A stretch of DNA of 64,000 nucleotides from Octopus vulgaris. Taxonomy: Eukaryota. The position numbers and the translations under genes were made by a program. The stretch is taken from positions 79,422,001 to 79,486,000 of the forward strand of contig OX597817.1 of assembly GCA_951406725.2 (NCBI GenBank), read 5' to 3'. Below, in pieces: positions 42,360-56,289 of this stretch (the stretch's first letter is position 1; the number at the start of each line of letters is the position of its first letter). The notes beneath the pieces were generated by a model. The model searched no databases, was not told the DNA's origin, and saw only the letters and a program-made list of their open reading frames with translations.

Positions 42360-42780
42360 GGATCTTTTCGGTTTGAACGGCAGTTTTTAACGTAACTTCT
42401 AGGTAATTAAAAAATTTTAAACTTCGTATACTGGTAGAATGTGTTTATAAAACATCTTTTTCTCTTGCCTTTATTGAGAAAATTCTATAGTTTGTAAGAT
42501 ATTTGTTGGTTTTTTTTTCGATTTCTGCAATTTCAACCAATCAGTGACGTCTATTGAGTTAAAAAGCATTCTGTGCCGTATGAATATGTCCCTCGTTTAA
42601 GAAACAAATTGGGTTTATTTATATTTGTGAAGAAAAAAAGATACCTTTCCTCCACCCCTAACTCTACCCTAACCCTAAAAGAGATTGAAATGCAATAGAT
42701 CGATTCTAGGGTCATAATTATGGGTGACAATTTCATATGACACCGCTAGAAAAAAACTGCCGTTCAAACCGAAAAGATCC
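42360..42780. mobile_element. Merlin-like MITE
   Basis: Perfect 29-bp TIR ggatcttttcggtttgaacggcagttttt; 8-bp TSD gctgattg; GG termini with 8-bp TSD fit the Merlin superfamily. Confidence 0.85.
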
Positions 42781-43307
42781 GCTGATTGAATTGAAGCAAC
42801 ACAAGACGAAATGTTTTTCTCAAGAACTCAACGCCCCGCCCCGTTCGGGAATTGAAACCATGATCATGTGACGAGAGTATAACAGCCTTACCACTAGGCC
42901 ATACATCTTTACAAAGACTAAAAGATAACAGGAAAAAGGAAAAGGTGAATAAATAAACGAGTAAAAGTATTTCACTTTAACTTCTACTGACCTTCATTTT
43001 GTATTGCGTACCGGGAAGTGATTCTTAGTTCAGTTTTCAAGTTGATGTTATTAGCAGGTGTTCGTATTTGTTAATGAGGGGGAATTTATTTAAAAACAAA
43101 GATTTTTTTTATTTATATTTGCTAATTTCTATGTTCATATGTTTTATTTTTGTGCATTTAAAATTGTGTTTTTGCATATTTGTTTAAAAAAGAATGTTAT
43201 TTGCTTTTTCATACTTTCAACAGTTTTAAATGAGAAATATTTCGTTAAATTCACACAAATGTACATTAGTACACACAAACGTACACACATGCACAACACA
43301 TCCATTC

Positions 43308-43366
<59 letters not shown>

Positions 43367-44174
43367 TATGTGCACGTGCATATGTGTGTTTCTATGTATG
43401 TATGTATAGTTTAGGCGCAAATAACTGCCGATTAAAAATTAAACTTCTTCAGTAACATGCTTACAATTTCTTCAACATATCTGATTGGTTACTCTAATTA
43501 AGATAAATATACACAAAATATTTTCAAAAAATATAGAAAATACAATAAAATTAAGTAAACTAAATAATAAACCCATTTGAAAAAAAATATTAGGAATACT
43601 TCTCTCAGTATTTTCAATCTTCTGCAAGTATAAAGGAATTTTGTAGAAAACTTTTGACTCTAATTTTCTTTAACATCTATCCTTGCAACCATCTGATTTC
43701 AAATGTACACATCTACCTAACAACATATGTGTGTGTATATGTGTGTGTGTATAGATATTGTATTGTATAACAAAAGAACAACAGTGGGTACAGATCCATG
43801 TTTAGTAGTTACATCTGAACTAAGAAAATAAAGTTCCGTAAGAAATGTTACAATTTATTTGGTCCGACGCGCTAACGATATTACCAGTTCGCTCAGTCAT
43901 GAAATCTCGAAGGGATAGAAAAAATATGAAACTTTAATTCAGGTTAAAAAAGGGAAAATATGGAATGTTAAGAGACACATTCATACATTACAAAAGAAGG
44001 AGTAAAGAACGTTATATATTACGGGAGAATGGTCAAAGCAGTGTTGACGAAAGGTGATCTGGGTTTATTAAATCAAATTAAATTTAGAAGTCTAAATGAT
44101 ATCTGAAGATCACAGAGTCACATCGGAACTGCTTTTAGTAAAAGGCACCGAGAAAAATTACGTATCATTAATAA

Positions 44175-44379
44175 TCTCTTCTACAAGGATATGAAATTTG
44201 TGGGGAGGGGCCAGTCGATTAGATCGACCCCAGTATACAACTGGTACTCAATTTATCGACCCCGAAAGGATGAAAGGCAAAGTCGACCTAGCAGAATTTC
44301 AACTCAGAACGAAAGACGAACGAAATACCATTAAGCATTTTTCCCGGGATGTTAACGATTCTGCCAGCTCACCGCCTTA
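44175..44379 (-). mobile_element. SINE family A copy
   Basis: Consensus match; TSD tacgtatcatta on both sides. Confidence 0.8.
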
Positions 44380-45719
44380 CGTATCATTAATAATACAGGG
44401 TAGAAAGCCTAATTTGATAGTGTAAAATACACTTCAATGTTGAGAGCCTGGAAAGCTGGAAATCAAACAAAAATGTGAAAGTAATGAAAATCAACAGCAC
44501 AATTTTAAAAATCAACGAAGTTCAGTTTACTGAGCACTACCAGCTAAAACTCTGAGGATAACAAATGAAATATATTTAGGTCGGAGGAACATAAATATAT
44601 GGGATTATATCTCAGATTTTAAAAGTTCTTGTTGAACCACGCCGTCGTTGTGCAATGAAGAAGAAATAATAATTGCATATGAAAATTTTTTTAATGTTCT
44701 GTGAAATTATGATAAGAAAATAAAATCGGAAAAATTACAGAAAGAGAAGATTCAGTACTAAAAAACGGAAATAGCTGAGGCAGAACAGTATCTCGCAAAC
44801 GAAAGCGAAATCCCTCGACAAGAAAATGAAGAAAGAAAGGAAGATAATGAACATGAACTAAGATTCTTAGAAAATCAAACAAACTGTTAATAGACAGATT
44901 TACGCATCTATGGTGCCATGGATTTCATTTCAGAATATCCATAACATGCAAAAAGTAGTTTACTAGGAAAATTTAAGCTTCAAAATTACACTGAAGTTAA
45001 AAGTGGATGCAATCAAGGCGCCGGTGTTTCTAAACGTTAAATGTCTCAAAAATGCTCACTGATACATTTGGCTGCACTCGATATAATTTCTCAAATTAAT
45101 AAATGAATAAGGTCGTGCAACTCCCAAATGATCCTAACCATGTATTATTTCATTTAAATTATATCTTATTTCAATTATTCTTTTCTTGCAAATATTTTAT
45201 TTATTTCCAAGCTATTATGTGTTTACGCCCACATAGCGCATGCATATATGCGTGTATATTTACATTCATGTGCGGGCATGTATATATGTACAGGTATATA
45301 TCTATGCAAATATGAGTGCATGTACATAAATATGGTGGTTATGCACGTGTGTGTATAGGTACCGTTAAGATTTTTACTACGCCCTTTCATATTTTGTATA
45401 AGAACTTACGACTTACTTCATAGTTTATAAACGTTTTACTTCACACACAATTCTTTCTTTGTAACCCCTAGTGAAAGTTTCATAATTTTTTTTTGTATCT
45501 TCTAGAACTCGTGGCTGAACGAGCAGGCAGACTCCTTAGTGTGACAAGTAAAAATGATAGCAGCATTTCTTCTGGCTCTTTATCATCTGAGTTCAAAATT
45601 CATTGCGATCAACTTTACTTTTCATCTCCTCGGAGTCTATGAAATAAAGTATCAGTCAAGTTCTGAGGTTGATGCAATGTCTAGCATCCTCACTCTAAAA
45701 TTTACTGATCTAAAACAAG

Positions 45720-46105
45720 GTGCTTCTTTTCCAATCACCGAAGTGTATGGAGCCCTGCCTAGGAGGAAGTTATGCCATCAGACGGTATCCAACGATCAAC
45801 GGATGTCTCGACCCTAAACCGTAACGCCCTCTCGTTGGTTGGTCAGCAGAAATAGCCAGATCACTGCTCATCATTTCCTCCAGGCTTCCAACTTAACTCC
45901 TCTCTTGCTCCATAACCAGCAAGAGGCTCTTTCTGCCGCCGTTCCCATCCTGCTCACGGTCGCTTTCCGCTCTTCCAATGACTGCAAGCATCCTCTAGAT
46001 ACCGACTGGGCAACGAATCCCTTACAGCCAGTCTCAAATGGGAAAAGCCATTACCGCCATCCATTCTCCCTGCAATCTCGGAAAAGGCTCTCGTGCTTGG
46101 CAGGT
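45720..46105 (-). mobile_element. HERO-like non-LTR retrotransposon 3' end (restriction-like endonuclease C-terminus)
   Basis: Minus strand: KHESLFRDCRENGWR*WLFPFETGCKGFVAQS...AAERASCWLWSKR, resembling the HERO motif C..GW....P.EVGCRGF...AAE.ASRWLW.KR. Confidence 0.65.
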
Positions 46106-47399
46106 TTTCATTCGATAAAAATACCATTTGAACACTGGGGTCGATAGGGTTAGGGTTAGGGTTTACCCTCTCCTCCGAAATTGCCGGCCATGTGCTAAAA
46201 TTGGAAACCATTATTATTGTTGTTGTTGATGATAATGATAATGATGATGATAATGATGATAATGATGATGATGATGTTACTGTCGTCATTATATGCGTGC
46301 ACCTTTGTTCTTAATAATAGTAATGGCAGCATCTTTTAAATTACTTAGCTCAGTCAACCCTCAACGCATGCACTGCCATCCGCACACACATTCAGACACA
46401 CACATACACACGCACACGCTTCCATATACACACATTTCCGCGCACACGCGCGCTTCCACACACACACACACACACACACTTTCATGCACACACAGTTCCA
46501 CACACACACACATACACTTTCATGCACACACAGTTCCACACACACACACACACACACTTTCATGCACACACATTTCCGCACACACACTTCCACACATACA
46601 TACACACATATTCAGACACACTTCCACACATCCACACACACACGCACACACCCACATTCACACACACGCACGCACAAACAAACAAACATGCCAAAACAGG
46701 AAGTACTTCCCCCACCTTTGACTTCATAATTGGAGATAAAATTACGAAATTGCCCTTAAGACATTTATTAGGGCAAGAAGTAAGATTTTTGTTTGGTTAT
46801 TTGAATGTGGTCGGGGTTAGAGGGAGCTATTATAGTGCATAGTGATTGTTTCGGGGGCTATGTTATTGGGTTAGAGAATGTCTGAGTAAGGGACATTGAC
46901 CACAGGTCTTTATTTATTTTTTTTTTTACTTATTTATTTGAGTTCATCAAGGGCCGAGGAACATTTAATCAGTCCTGGTATTGCAGTCATTTTAATCATA
47001 ATGATACTTCGGTACAGGAAGTGGGGGAAGCATAGGTGATAGTATTGATGTAGGGACTAGTCGAGGATGTTTGTGACAGCGTGGCTGAAAGCGCTGTTGC
47101 TGCTGCTAGTGCTGCTGCTGTTGCTGTTGAAGAGATTTAAAGAGATGGGTTGAATGTTGTGGGTTGCGACGTTGACATTGGTCAGAAAGATGTTCCGCGT
47201 TATCATTTTATCTTTCCAGGTCAGTCAGTACTCTTACAGCAAATACATAAGCAACGACATTCCACACATAAGACTATATTATTCTATATATAAATCCTAC
47301 CTATTCTAAAAATATGTGCATATGATTTATAAATTAAACACGCCTGCAGAGGGACTCGAACCTGCGACACTCAGATTCTTCCTAGTGTGAATATCATAA

Positions 47400-47870
47400 T
47401 CTTTTCTGCTGTAGGCACAAGGCCTGAAATTTGGCGGGAGGGAGTAAGTCGATTACATCGACCCCAGTGCTCAACTGGTACTTATTATACCCTCCCCGAA
47501 AGGATGAAAGACAAAGTCGACCCCGGTGGCATTTTAACCCAGAACGTGAAGACAGACGAAATACCTATTTCTTTACTACCCACAAGGGGCTAAACACAGA
47601 GAGGACAAACAAGGACAGACACACGGATTAAGTCAATTATATCGACTCCAGTGCATAACTGGTACTTATTTAATCGACCCCGAAAGGATTAAAGGCAAAT
47701 TCGACCTCGGCGGAATTTAAACTCAGAACGTAGCGGCAGACGAAATACCTATTTCTTTACTACCCACAAGGGGCTAAACACAGAGGGACAAACAAGGACA
47801 GACAAACGGATTTAGTCGATTACATTGAACTGGTACTTAATTTACCGACTCCGAAGTTCAAAATTCTGCC
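47400..47870 (-). mobile_element. Tandem/nested SINE family A units
   Basis: Repeated gacgaaatacctatttctttactacccacaaggggctaaacacagag units at ~47555 and ~47740. Confidence 0.75.
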
Positions 47871-48529
47871 CAGGCCGACCTTGCCTTTTATCTTTTCAGG
47901 GTCGATAAAATACATACCATTTAAACACTGAAGTCAATATAATCGACGAATCCCTTCTTTTAACTGCTATTTTTTGTAGATCGAACAAAACACCAAATAG
48001 AACTTCCTTTGTTGGTGACGTTTTCATCATATTGTCAAAGCTTTGAGACAGGCTGATGTCCAAACATTTCGAACTCACATTGAGGATTAATACAAGATGC
48101 AACAGAAAAACCTATCGTAGTTCACTCCGCAGCCATTGGTTTGTGAACTAGGGAAGTTAGGCAAATGATAGTGATGTCTTCGTGAAGCTAACGGTTTATG
48201 GATAATTTTATGATTACCATCAGAGCTTCCACTGGGTCACACAGTGAGTTTCCTGATCAAAGCTTTAACAAGAAATGCTGAATCTGAAGAATTGGTTTGT
48301 CGCAAACTATAGCAGCAGGAAGATTAATGAATAATTACTGATTTTGGCACAAGCCAAGCAATTCTAAGAGCAGGGATAAGACGATGATATCATCTTCATT
48401 ATTTCACTGGTACTTTATTTTATCGACCATGAAAAGATGAAAGGCAATGAAAGATAGCCTAGGCGTGATTTGGAATCAGATTTGTCTGTATCACATCACA
48501 TGCAAGTAAAAACAAGCAAGAATATAATT

Positions 48530-48735
48530 AAAAGGCACAAGGCTTGAAATTTTTTGGGGAAGGGAACTAGTCGATTACATCGATCCCAGTGTTTCACTGG
48601 TACTTAATTTATCAACTCCCTAAAGGATGAAAGGCAAGGTCCCTCCACTGAATTTGAACTCAGAATGTAAAGACGGACGAAATGCAGCTAAGCATTTCAC
48701 CAGACGTGCTAACGATTTTGCCAGATCGCTGCCTT
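48530..48735 (-). mobile_element. SINE family A copy
   Basis: Reverse complement of consensus. Confidence 0.75.
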
Positions 48736-49344
48736 TAATAATAATGATAACAACGACAACAACAATAATGATAATAATAATAACAACAATAATGATGATG
48801 ATGATGATGATGATGATTTCACTAGCTATCAGGGCCCGACACATTGAGGACAATACCAAAGGACGAAATACAAGCCACAACAACTGGAGTTGACATCGAT
48901 CAAACACGAAACAACAGCAGGAAACCACATGGCATTTTGCCCGGCGAGCTAACGATCCTGCCAGCTCGCAATGAATATTGTAACAGGCGAATTTTCAAAG
49001 AAGCTGGCGGATCTTGGGAGACAAAAGGGATTGTGGTTTCCAGGAAGTATTTACTAAAAAAAAAAAGGCTACAAGGTCGGTGTGACGCGGTATTAATGAT
49101 AAATGATAACATATAGGGGTAAGTACACCAAGAGGGGTTTTAGTGCATATGCGGTGTGTGTGTGTGTGTAAGAGTGGAGAAACAATATGAAATCAACAGG
49201 GTTTCTGAGAAACCGAGACAATTTGTTAGGAGCTACTGTTGTCTTTACTGCTTAAGCCTGTGTTGTTATTATTGTTGTTGTTGTTGTTGCTGTTACTGTG
49301 GCGGCTGAATTTATACCTTATTATTATTATTATTATTATTATTA

Positions 49345-49388
<44 letters not shown>

Positions 49389-49813
49389 GTTATTATTATT
49401 ATTGCTGTTGTTGTTAATGTAGCTGCTATTTTATTTGATTCAGCTCGCAATGGAAGGCTAAAAGTTTAATAGTTATGAGGTCATCATGTCAAATGTCAAG
49501 AAAAGGAAAAAAAAAAAAAGAGTAAAGAAAACAACTGCAAAGGTGCGAATTAGTTACTCATGCACTGAACTCTTCCTTTTCGTTTTGTTTTTTTGTGTGT
49601 GTATTATTTCATCCGGTTTGTGTGCGTGTGTGTGTGATTGTTATAATTTCTTTTTTTCTTTTATTTTTTTTCTATGTTCAACTATTTATTTGCACGATAG
49701 TTATTCGTGTTTCTCTTTTGTTAGATTACTAAAATAAATCATCACCATCATCGTCATCAACACCCCCCCTCATCATCGCATTCATCATCATCCCTGTCAT
49801 CATCGTCGTCGTC

Positions 49814-49861
<48 letters not shown>

Positions 49862-49874
49862 ATTATTATTATTA

Positions 49875-49936
<62 letters not shown>

Positions 49937-49960
49937 GTTATTATTATTATTATTTTTGTA

Positions 49961-50011
<51 letters not shown>

Positions 50012-50041
50012 GTTGTTGTTATTATTATTATTATTATTGTA

Positions 50042-50099
<58 letters not shown>

Positions 50100-50101
<2 letters not shown>

Positions 50102-50658
50102 GAATGAGAGAGCAGTGCATGCCATCGAAGTGACACTGGGGTAAAATATTCGAAGTCCAGAATACCCATCATGACTACCCGTCTGATAAGGGTACACTAG
50201 GCACATGCATCACAACCATATGAGCGCGACATGGTGATCTCATATCAAGATAAACAGCACATGACCTTGCAGGTGGAGCCCAGTTAGAAATTTCTTCTGG
50301 TCGAGTAGCCCATCCCGCTCAAAAGGTCCCTGAATAAGGGTTGTTTAAAGATGTTGAACGAACCAACCATGTTTCCAAAGGTGAATTATCCAATCCTCTA
50401 AGAATTCCTTTCAACACACGGCTATGATGCTCCCCCACTACTTCTGCTTGTGATCAGAGATGCACATATCTTCAGCCACTAAAGGACATGGTCAATTAGT
50501 TAAGGTCAAACAACTAACAAGCAAATCTGTGGTATTGAGCAGAATATTTGCTGTAGCCCATCTTTAATACCAAGACAAAACAATGTGCATGATAACATTT
50601 CCAATCAGTTAAGATCAGAAGCCATGAGAGCCACTGCCTGGTACGGCATCAGGGCATT
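50100..50658 (+). mobile_element. (ATT)n-associated repeat family D, full length
   Basis: tgaatgagagagcagtgcatgcc ... catcagggca, flanked by long (ATT)n on both sides. Confidence 0.85.
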
Positions 50659-50672
50659 TATCATCATCATCA

Positions 50673-50736
<64 letters not shown>

Positions 50737-50756
50737 CATTATTATTATTATTGGTA

Positions 50757-51180
50757 AGGCTGCGATTAGGTAAAATCGTTAGCACTCTGGACAAAACGCT
50801 TAGCGGCATTTCGCCCGTCCTTACGTTCTGAGTTCAAATTCCGCTAAGGTTGACTTTGCCTTTCATCGTTTCGAGGTCGATAAATTAAGTACCAGTGAAA
50901 CACTGGGGTCAGTGTAATCGACAATCCTCCTCCCCACAAAATCCAGGCCTTGTGGCTATAGAAGAAAGGATTATCATTATTATAAAGGCGGCAAGCTGAC
51001 AGAACATAGCTACAGGCGATATTTCGCCCGTAGCTTCGTTCTGAGTTCAAATTCCGCCAAGGTCGACTTCACCTTTTATCCTTTCGAGGTCGATAAATTA
51101 AGTACCACTGAAACACGGTTCGGTGTAATCGACTAGTCCCCTCCTCCTGAATTTCAGGCCTTGTGCCTATTATAGAAAAG
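50757..51180 (+). mobile_element. Two tandem SINE family A copies
   Basis: Consensus match twice, each ending in (ATT)n. Confidence 0.8.
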
Positions 51181-51201
51181 ATTATTATTATTAATATTAT
51201 G

Positions 51202-51739
51202 GGGGAGCAACGCATGCCATCAGAGCGACACTAGGATTCAAATATACGAAGCCCAGTATACTACCCGTCTGATAAGGGTACACCGTGCACATGCATCACA
51301 ACCATATGCGCGCGACATGGTGATTTCCTATCAAAATAAACAGGGCATGACCTTGCAAATGAGGCCCAGTCAGAATTTTCGTCAGTTCGAGTAGCCCATT
51401 CCTCTCAAAAGGTCGTTGAATAAATGTTTTTAAAGATGTGAACAAAACACCCATGTTTCCAGAGGTGAATTATTCAAACCCTAAAAAAGTCTTCTCAACA
51501 TATGGCTGTGATGCTCCCAAACTACTGCTCGTGATCAGAGATGCACATATCGTCAGCCATAAATTGACTTGCTAAAACTCGTTATGGTCAAACAACTGAT
51601 TAAGCAAATCTATGGTATTGAGCAGATTACTTGCTGTAGTCCATCTTTTATACCAAGACGAAACGTACGTGATAACACTTTCCATCAGTTAAGATCAAAA
51701 GCCATGAGAACCAGTGCGTGGTGTTGCATCAGAGCCTTT
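51202..51739 (+). mobile_element. Repeat family D copy (diverged)
   Basis: Colinear with 50100-50658. Confidence 0.8.
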
Positions 51740-51989
51740 TACAATCACAGTTGTTTGCGTTTTTCCCACCAACATGACGAAAACACAACAAAACACAGTG
51801 ACGCTCATATGTGAGAGAGGGAAAGAGAGTAAGGAGTGCCACTAAATGTCAATTAGAGAGAGAGTGCGAATGTGGTAAACGAATTAGCACTAAAAGGCGA
51901 ATTAATGCTAAGAAAACGAAACGACGACCGTATTTTTTGTTGAAAGAAAGGAAAAAAAGACAGCAGGGCCAAATTTTTTCTAGAAAGAT

Positions 51990-54480
51990 CTCTTAGAAGA
52001 ACTTCGGAAAAACAACGGATCCGGTTTCGACAACATTGTTCGAAATAAAAACAGCTATTTTGAATATGTAATCAATGAGAGCCATTTCGAGAGCGAAGCA
52101 TACATACGATGCGAGTACAAGTAAGAACAATGCCAGCAACAGCAATAACAACGACAGCAACAATAACAACAGCAACAACAACATCAGCTACACCATCAAT
52201 AACTGCAACAACAACATTAGAAAAGGTGACAAAAACAACGGCAGCAACAAAAGCAACAACAAGGATAAAAAGAACAAAGCAACTGAGAAACAAAACTATG
52301 CAACGGCTTGGAATAACTCTTCTAAACTTTCTTTCGCTGGAGCAGCCTAGTCATCTCTTCAGAGAATACAATTCTCTGAAGAGGAACTTAAAAATGCCTG
52401 ACAGCAAGTCGAGAGAGACAGAATAGCTGTAAAGCTAAATATTCCAACTGAGAAAATCCAGGATACGATACATCGCACAATGACGTACCGTAAAATCGGT
52501 TTAAAATCAAGGCGGGTGGAAAGAGCTACAAAGGCTCAAATACCAAAATCTTTAGGTCCCGGTTGGAATCTAAAGGAGTGTACAAAAAGAGGAAGAGGTT
52601 ATGGCAAGATGGGCAATAGATTCCGCACCAAAGACGAAGCCAAATTCCACTCTCTGAATCCCTTCAAAAGCAAGGAGTTGTTGTTGGTTCCTTTCACTTG
52701 CGGTTAGAGACTGTCCAAAATCATCATTCAACAGATGCCACCAGAAATAGACATTCCTTGGCTATTTGCTGCAGTGACACTATGTAGCGGGGAAAATTCG
52801 AAAATCCTCGAAGCCTATCAGATCAAAAAGGAGAACTGGTCCGGGATGACCATAGAACATCTCATACAAATGACACAAAAGAACGTAGATCTCATCCTGG
52901 ACCAGTTCCTTCTTCCTGGGGTGGGTGGACAGCATAATTCCAGTAGATGGAAGGAAAGCAAAGTGCCACATTTGCTTTTCAGCTAATCATTTAAAAGCCT
53001 TCTGCCCGAGACTGAAGGAAAAGAGAGTCGGGAACCTCTCCATCCTACACCACCAACGGCCACCAGAAGTCCAGCGACAACAGCAGGAGCATCATGACCT
53101 TCAGCAGATTCATCCGTGGCACCACCAACACCAACAATCATACAGACACCAAGTTTCCCCAAACACTTCTCAGCGTCCGAAGATATTATGGTTTCTTCAG
53201 ACGTCTGGAAACCTTCCTGAGAACGTCCCGCTAATTAGGGAAAGATATTATGGTTCCCATACCTGGACACATACAAATCATTCAAACAATACAAAACACA
53301 TACACTTAAAAGCCCAATTCCCGCAGAAAACCGGAGATTTTCAAGGAAATAAAACCAAGAGAATTCTTGGTGATTTACTGTTGGAAACACCCCAAACCAA
53401 CAGTCGAAGATTATGAACAATTTCCAAAAGTCTTTCGCATGGCAGTGCTACAGAGGGGCATTGCCCGTTCGAGACAAGCTTTTCAGGCATGGAACTGCCT
53501 TTTTGTTTGTTCTGTCTCGAGCCATGCATGGCTCATAAGGGCCGGTTTTCAAACCCGCGATTCCTCCACCGCGAGTCCGCTGCTCTAACCACTTGGCCAT
53601 GTGCCTGCACACAGGCATGGAAGTTCTAACAGCCGAACCTCCCCGAGGTGTTTGCAGGGGGGTGAAACCGTCGTGTATGCAGTAATTCAGTGTCCGTGCA
53701 TTAGAGAGTTGTGGGATTGTGTCAAGCAGCTGTTGTCGTGTGTAAGACGAATTCAGCTGTCTGTCGAGTGTATACTGAAGATTGACATACCACCTTCCCT
53801 TAGTAGAGAAGGAATGCAGATCTTTCTCCGCTTAGTGACTCTGGCAAAAGAGACTGTGTGGTAGACCTGTCTGAAAGGTTTGAAAGTAGGCACTTTCCTA
53901 TCTAGCCAAGCCCTCTTCAATTTCTTCAAATATCATTTGAAGATGAAGCTAAGAGTAGAGAATGAAGTACTACCTTCTAATGCAGTGCTTTTCAAACTTT
54001 TTGCTGGAGCGGAACCCCAAGGAAACATTCCACTGGCTCGAGGAACTCCTGTGCAATAATTTAATAATTTTATGCACACATATCTGCACAGGAGAATTAA
54101 AAATTACTGCCGATTTTAGCAGTTTTGAAACTTCTTGCGGAACCCCTGGACTGTACTGGCGGAACCCTAAGGTTCCGCGGAACCCTGGTTGAAAACCACT
54201 GTTCTAACGTGTTTATCAAAAGGTGGTCGACAGTTGCAAAACTGGTAAGGTTGAATGGATCTACTCTGAATATGCTTTCCTAAGCAGGAAGAAAGATACT
54301 GGAAGAGGACACTTTCCCCATGCCTTGGAGATGGCAGAGTAAGCTGGGATTTTTGTGGGATTTACCTCGGTTTACTCTAAGTGGATTGACCCGCTATTGA
54401 GGATAATTTTTATTTATTTATTTATCTACTTTCTATTATATATCCTCTGTTATATCTTTTAAAGTAGTAGTATCTCCCTT
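51990..54480 (+). mobile_element. Internally deleted Tx1/L1-like LINE
   Basis: ORF1 remnant with CCHC knuckle KCHICFSANHLKAFCP (~52960-53010) followed closely by ORF2 C-terminal zinc-finger region PRCLQGGETVVYAVIQCP..ELW...AKETVW; no EN/RT motifs seen between. Confidence 0.7.
53983..54201. mobile_element. hAT (Charlie-like) MITE
   Basis: TIRs cagtgcttttcaa / ttgaaaaccactg; 8-bp TSD ttctaatg / ttctaacg. Confidence 0.85.
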
Positions 54481-54910
54481 TGATTGAGTTTAATCCCACA
54501 TATTTTTGTAATTTTGTTTTGTGTTTTTGTGTGTGTGCGTGCGTGTGTGTATGGTGTTACTCGTCCTTCGACATTGTCGTCCATGTCTTGGGCCCTTGTG
54601 GCCCATAAAAGAAATCATTATTATTATTTTTATTATTATTATTGTTGTTGTTGTTGTTGCTGCTGTTTTGTTATTGTTGTTGTTGTTACTGCTGTTGTTT
54701 TGTTTTAATCAACATTAAGAGACGATATTAAGTTAGAGTGAAATCATTAGAATGATTCATAGCGAGTTCGGTCAGTCAGAGACCAGGAACTGCTTGACAC
54801 TAACGGAAGTTTCTGTCTTTCCAGGTCAACAACTAGCAAGTCAAGTAAACAGCTTTTCCACCGCCACCACCACCGTCAACAACACCACGTCACAAGCATC
54901 AACACCATTG

Positions 54911-54943
<33 letters not shown>

Positions 54944-54944
54944 G

Positions 54945-55006
<62 letters not shown>

Positions 55007-55515
55007 ACACCGTACATCTCTTCTACCACCAAAACATCCCAGAGTTCTTTCACTATGCCATCGCAAACACCATTACCACCAACTCCACTACCACTTACAC
55101 CACCACTACCATCACTACCATCAACGTCACCATGCAACCAGAACGACATCAATCATCACCAGAAGTACAATCATTGCCTCTTCATCATCATCATCATCAT
55201 GAAGCATTATGCTCAGCATCACCATTATCATCATACCTTCATGATTATCATCGTCATCGTCGTCGTCGTCATGATCATCATGATCATCATCATCACACCA
55301 ACAAAATATCCCTAATACCAACCTCACTACCAACACCACCATTCTCAGTACCTCCATCACCATCACCACCACTAGGTGTTCGACCAACATCATTTCCTGC
55401 AAAAAAAAAAATTGATTGTTTTTTATGCGTAATGAAACCACGAACTTGAAATATCAGTAAATACAATTGTCTGTATCACATCACACGCAGATAGAAAATA
55501 TAGAGACAAGGGAAA

Positions 55516-55593
<78 letters not shown>

Positions 55594-55595
<2 letters not shown>

Positions 55596-56150
55596 GCCCT
55601 GATGCAGTACCAGGCAGTGACTCTCATGGCTTCTGATCTTAACTGATTGGAAGTGTTATCATGTACATTGTTTTGTCTTGGTATAAAAGATGGGCTACAG
55701 CAAATATTCTGCTCAATACCACAAATTTGCTTGTCAGTTGTTTGACCATAACCAGTTGAGCATGTCCCTTAGTGGCTGACGATATTTGCATCTCTGATCA
55801 CGAGCAGAAGTAGTGGGGGAGCATCATAGCCATGTGTTGAGACGGATTCTTTGGGGTTTGAATAATTCACCTCTGGAAACATGGGTGGTTCTTTCAACAT
55901 CCTTAAACAACCCTTATTCAGGGACCTTTTGAGCGGGATGGGTTACTCGACCAGGAGAAAATTCTAACTGGGCCCCACCTGCAAGGTCATGTGCTGTTTA
56001 TCTTGATATGAGATCACCATGTCGCGCACATATGGTTGTGATGCATGTGCCTGGTCTACCCTTATCAGACGGGTTGTCATGATGGGTATATTGGGCTTCG
56101 TATATTTTACCCCAGTGTCACTTTGATGGCATGAACTGCTCTCTCACTCA
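55594..56150 (-). mobile_element. Repeat family D copy, full length
   Basis: Reverse complement of 50100-50658; (AAT)n on both sides. Confidence 0.85.
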
Positions 56151-56289
56151 ATAATAATAATAATAGCAATAATAATAATAATAATAATAATAGTAACAAC
56201 AACAACGAGGAAAAGGGGAGGAGGAGAAAGAAGAGGAGGAATGGAAGAGGAGGGGATGGTAGATGAGAAGGCGGAGGATTCCTTTTATT

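Noticed and set aside
47340-47385. Minus-strand tRNA-like T-loop (ggttcgagtccc)
   Set aside because: Only a half tRNA; most likely a truncated SINE head rather than a tRNA gene
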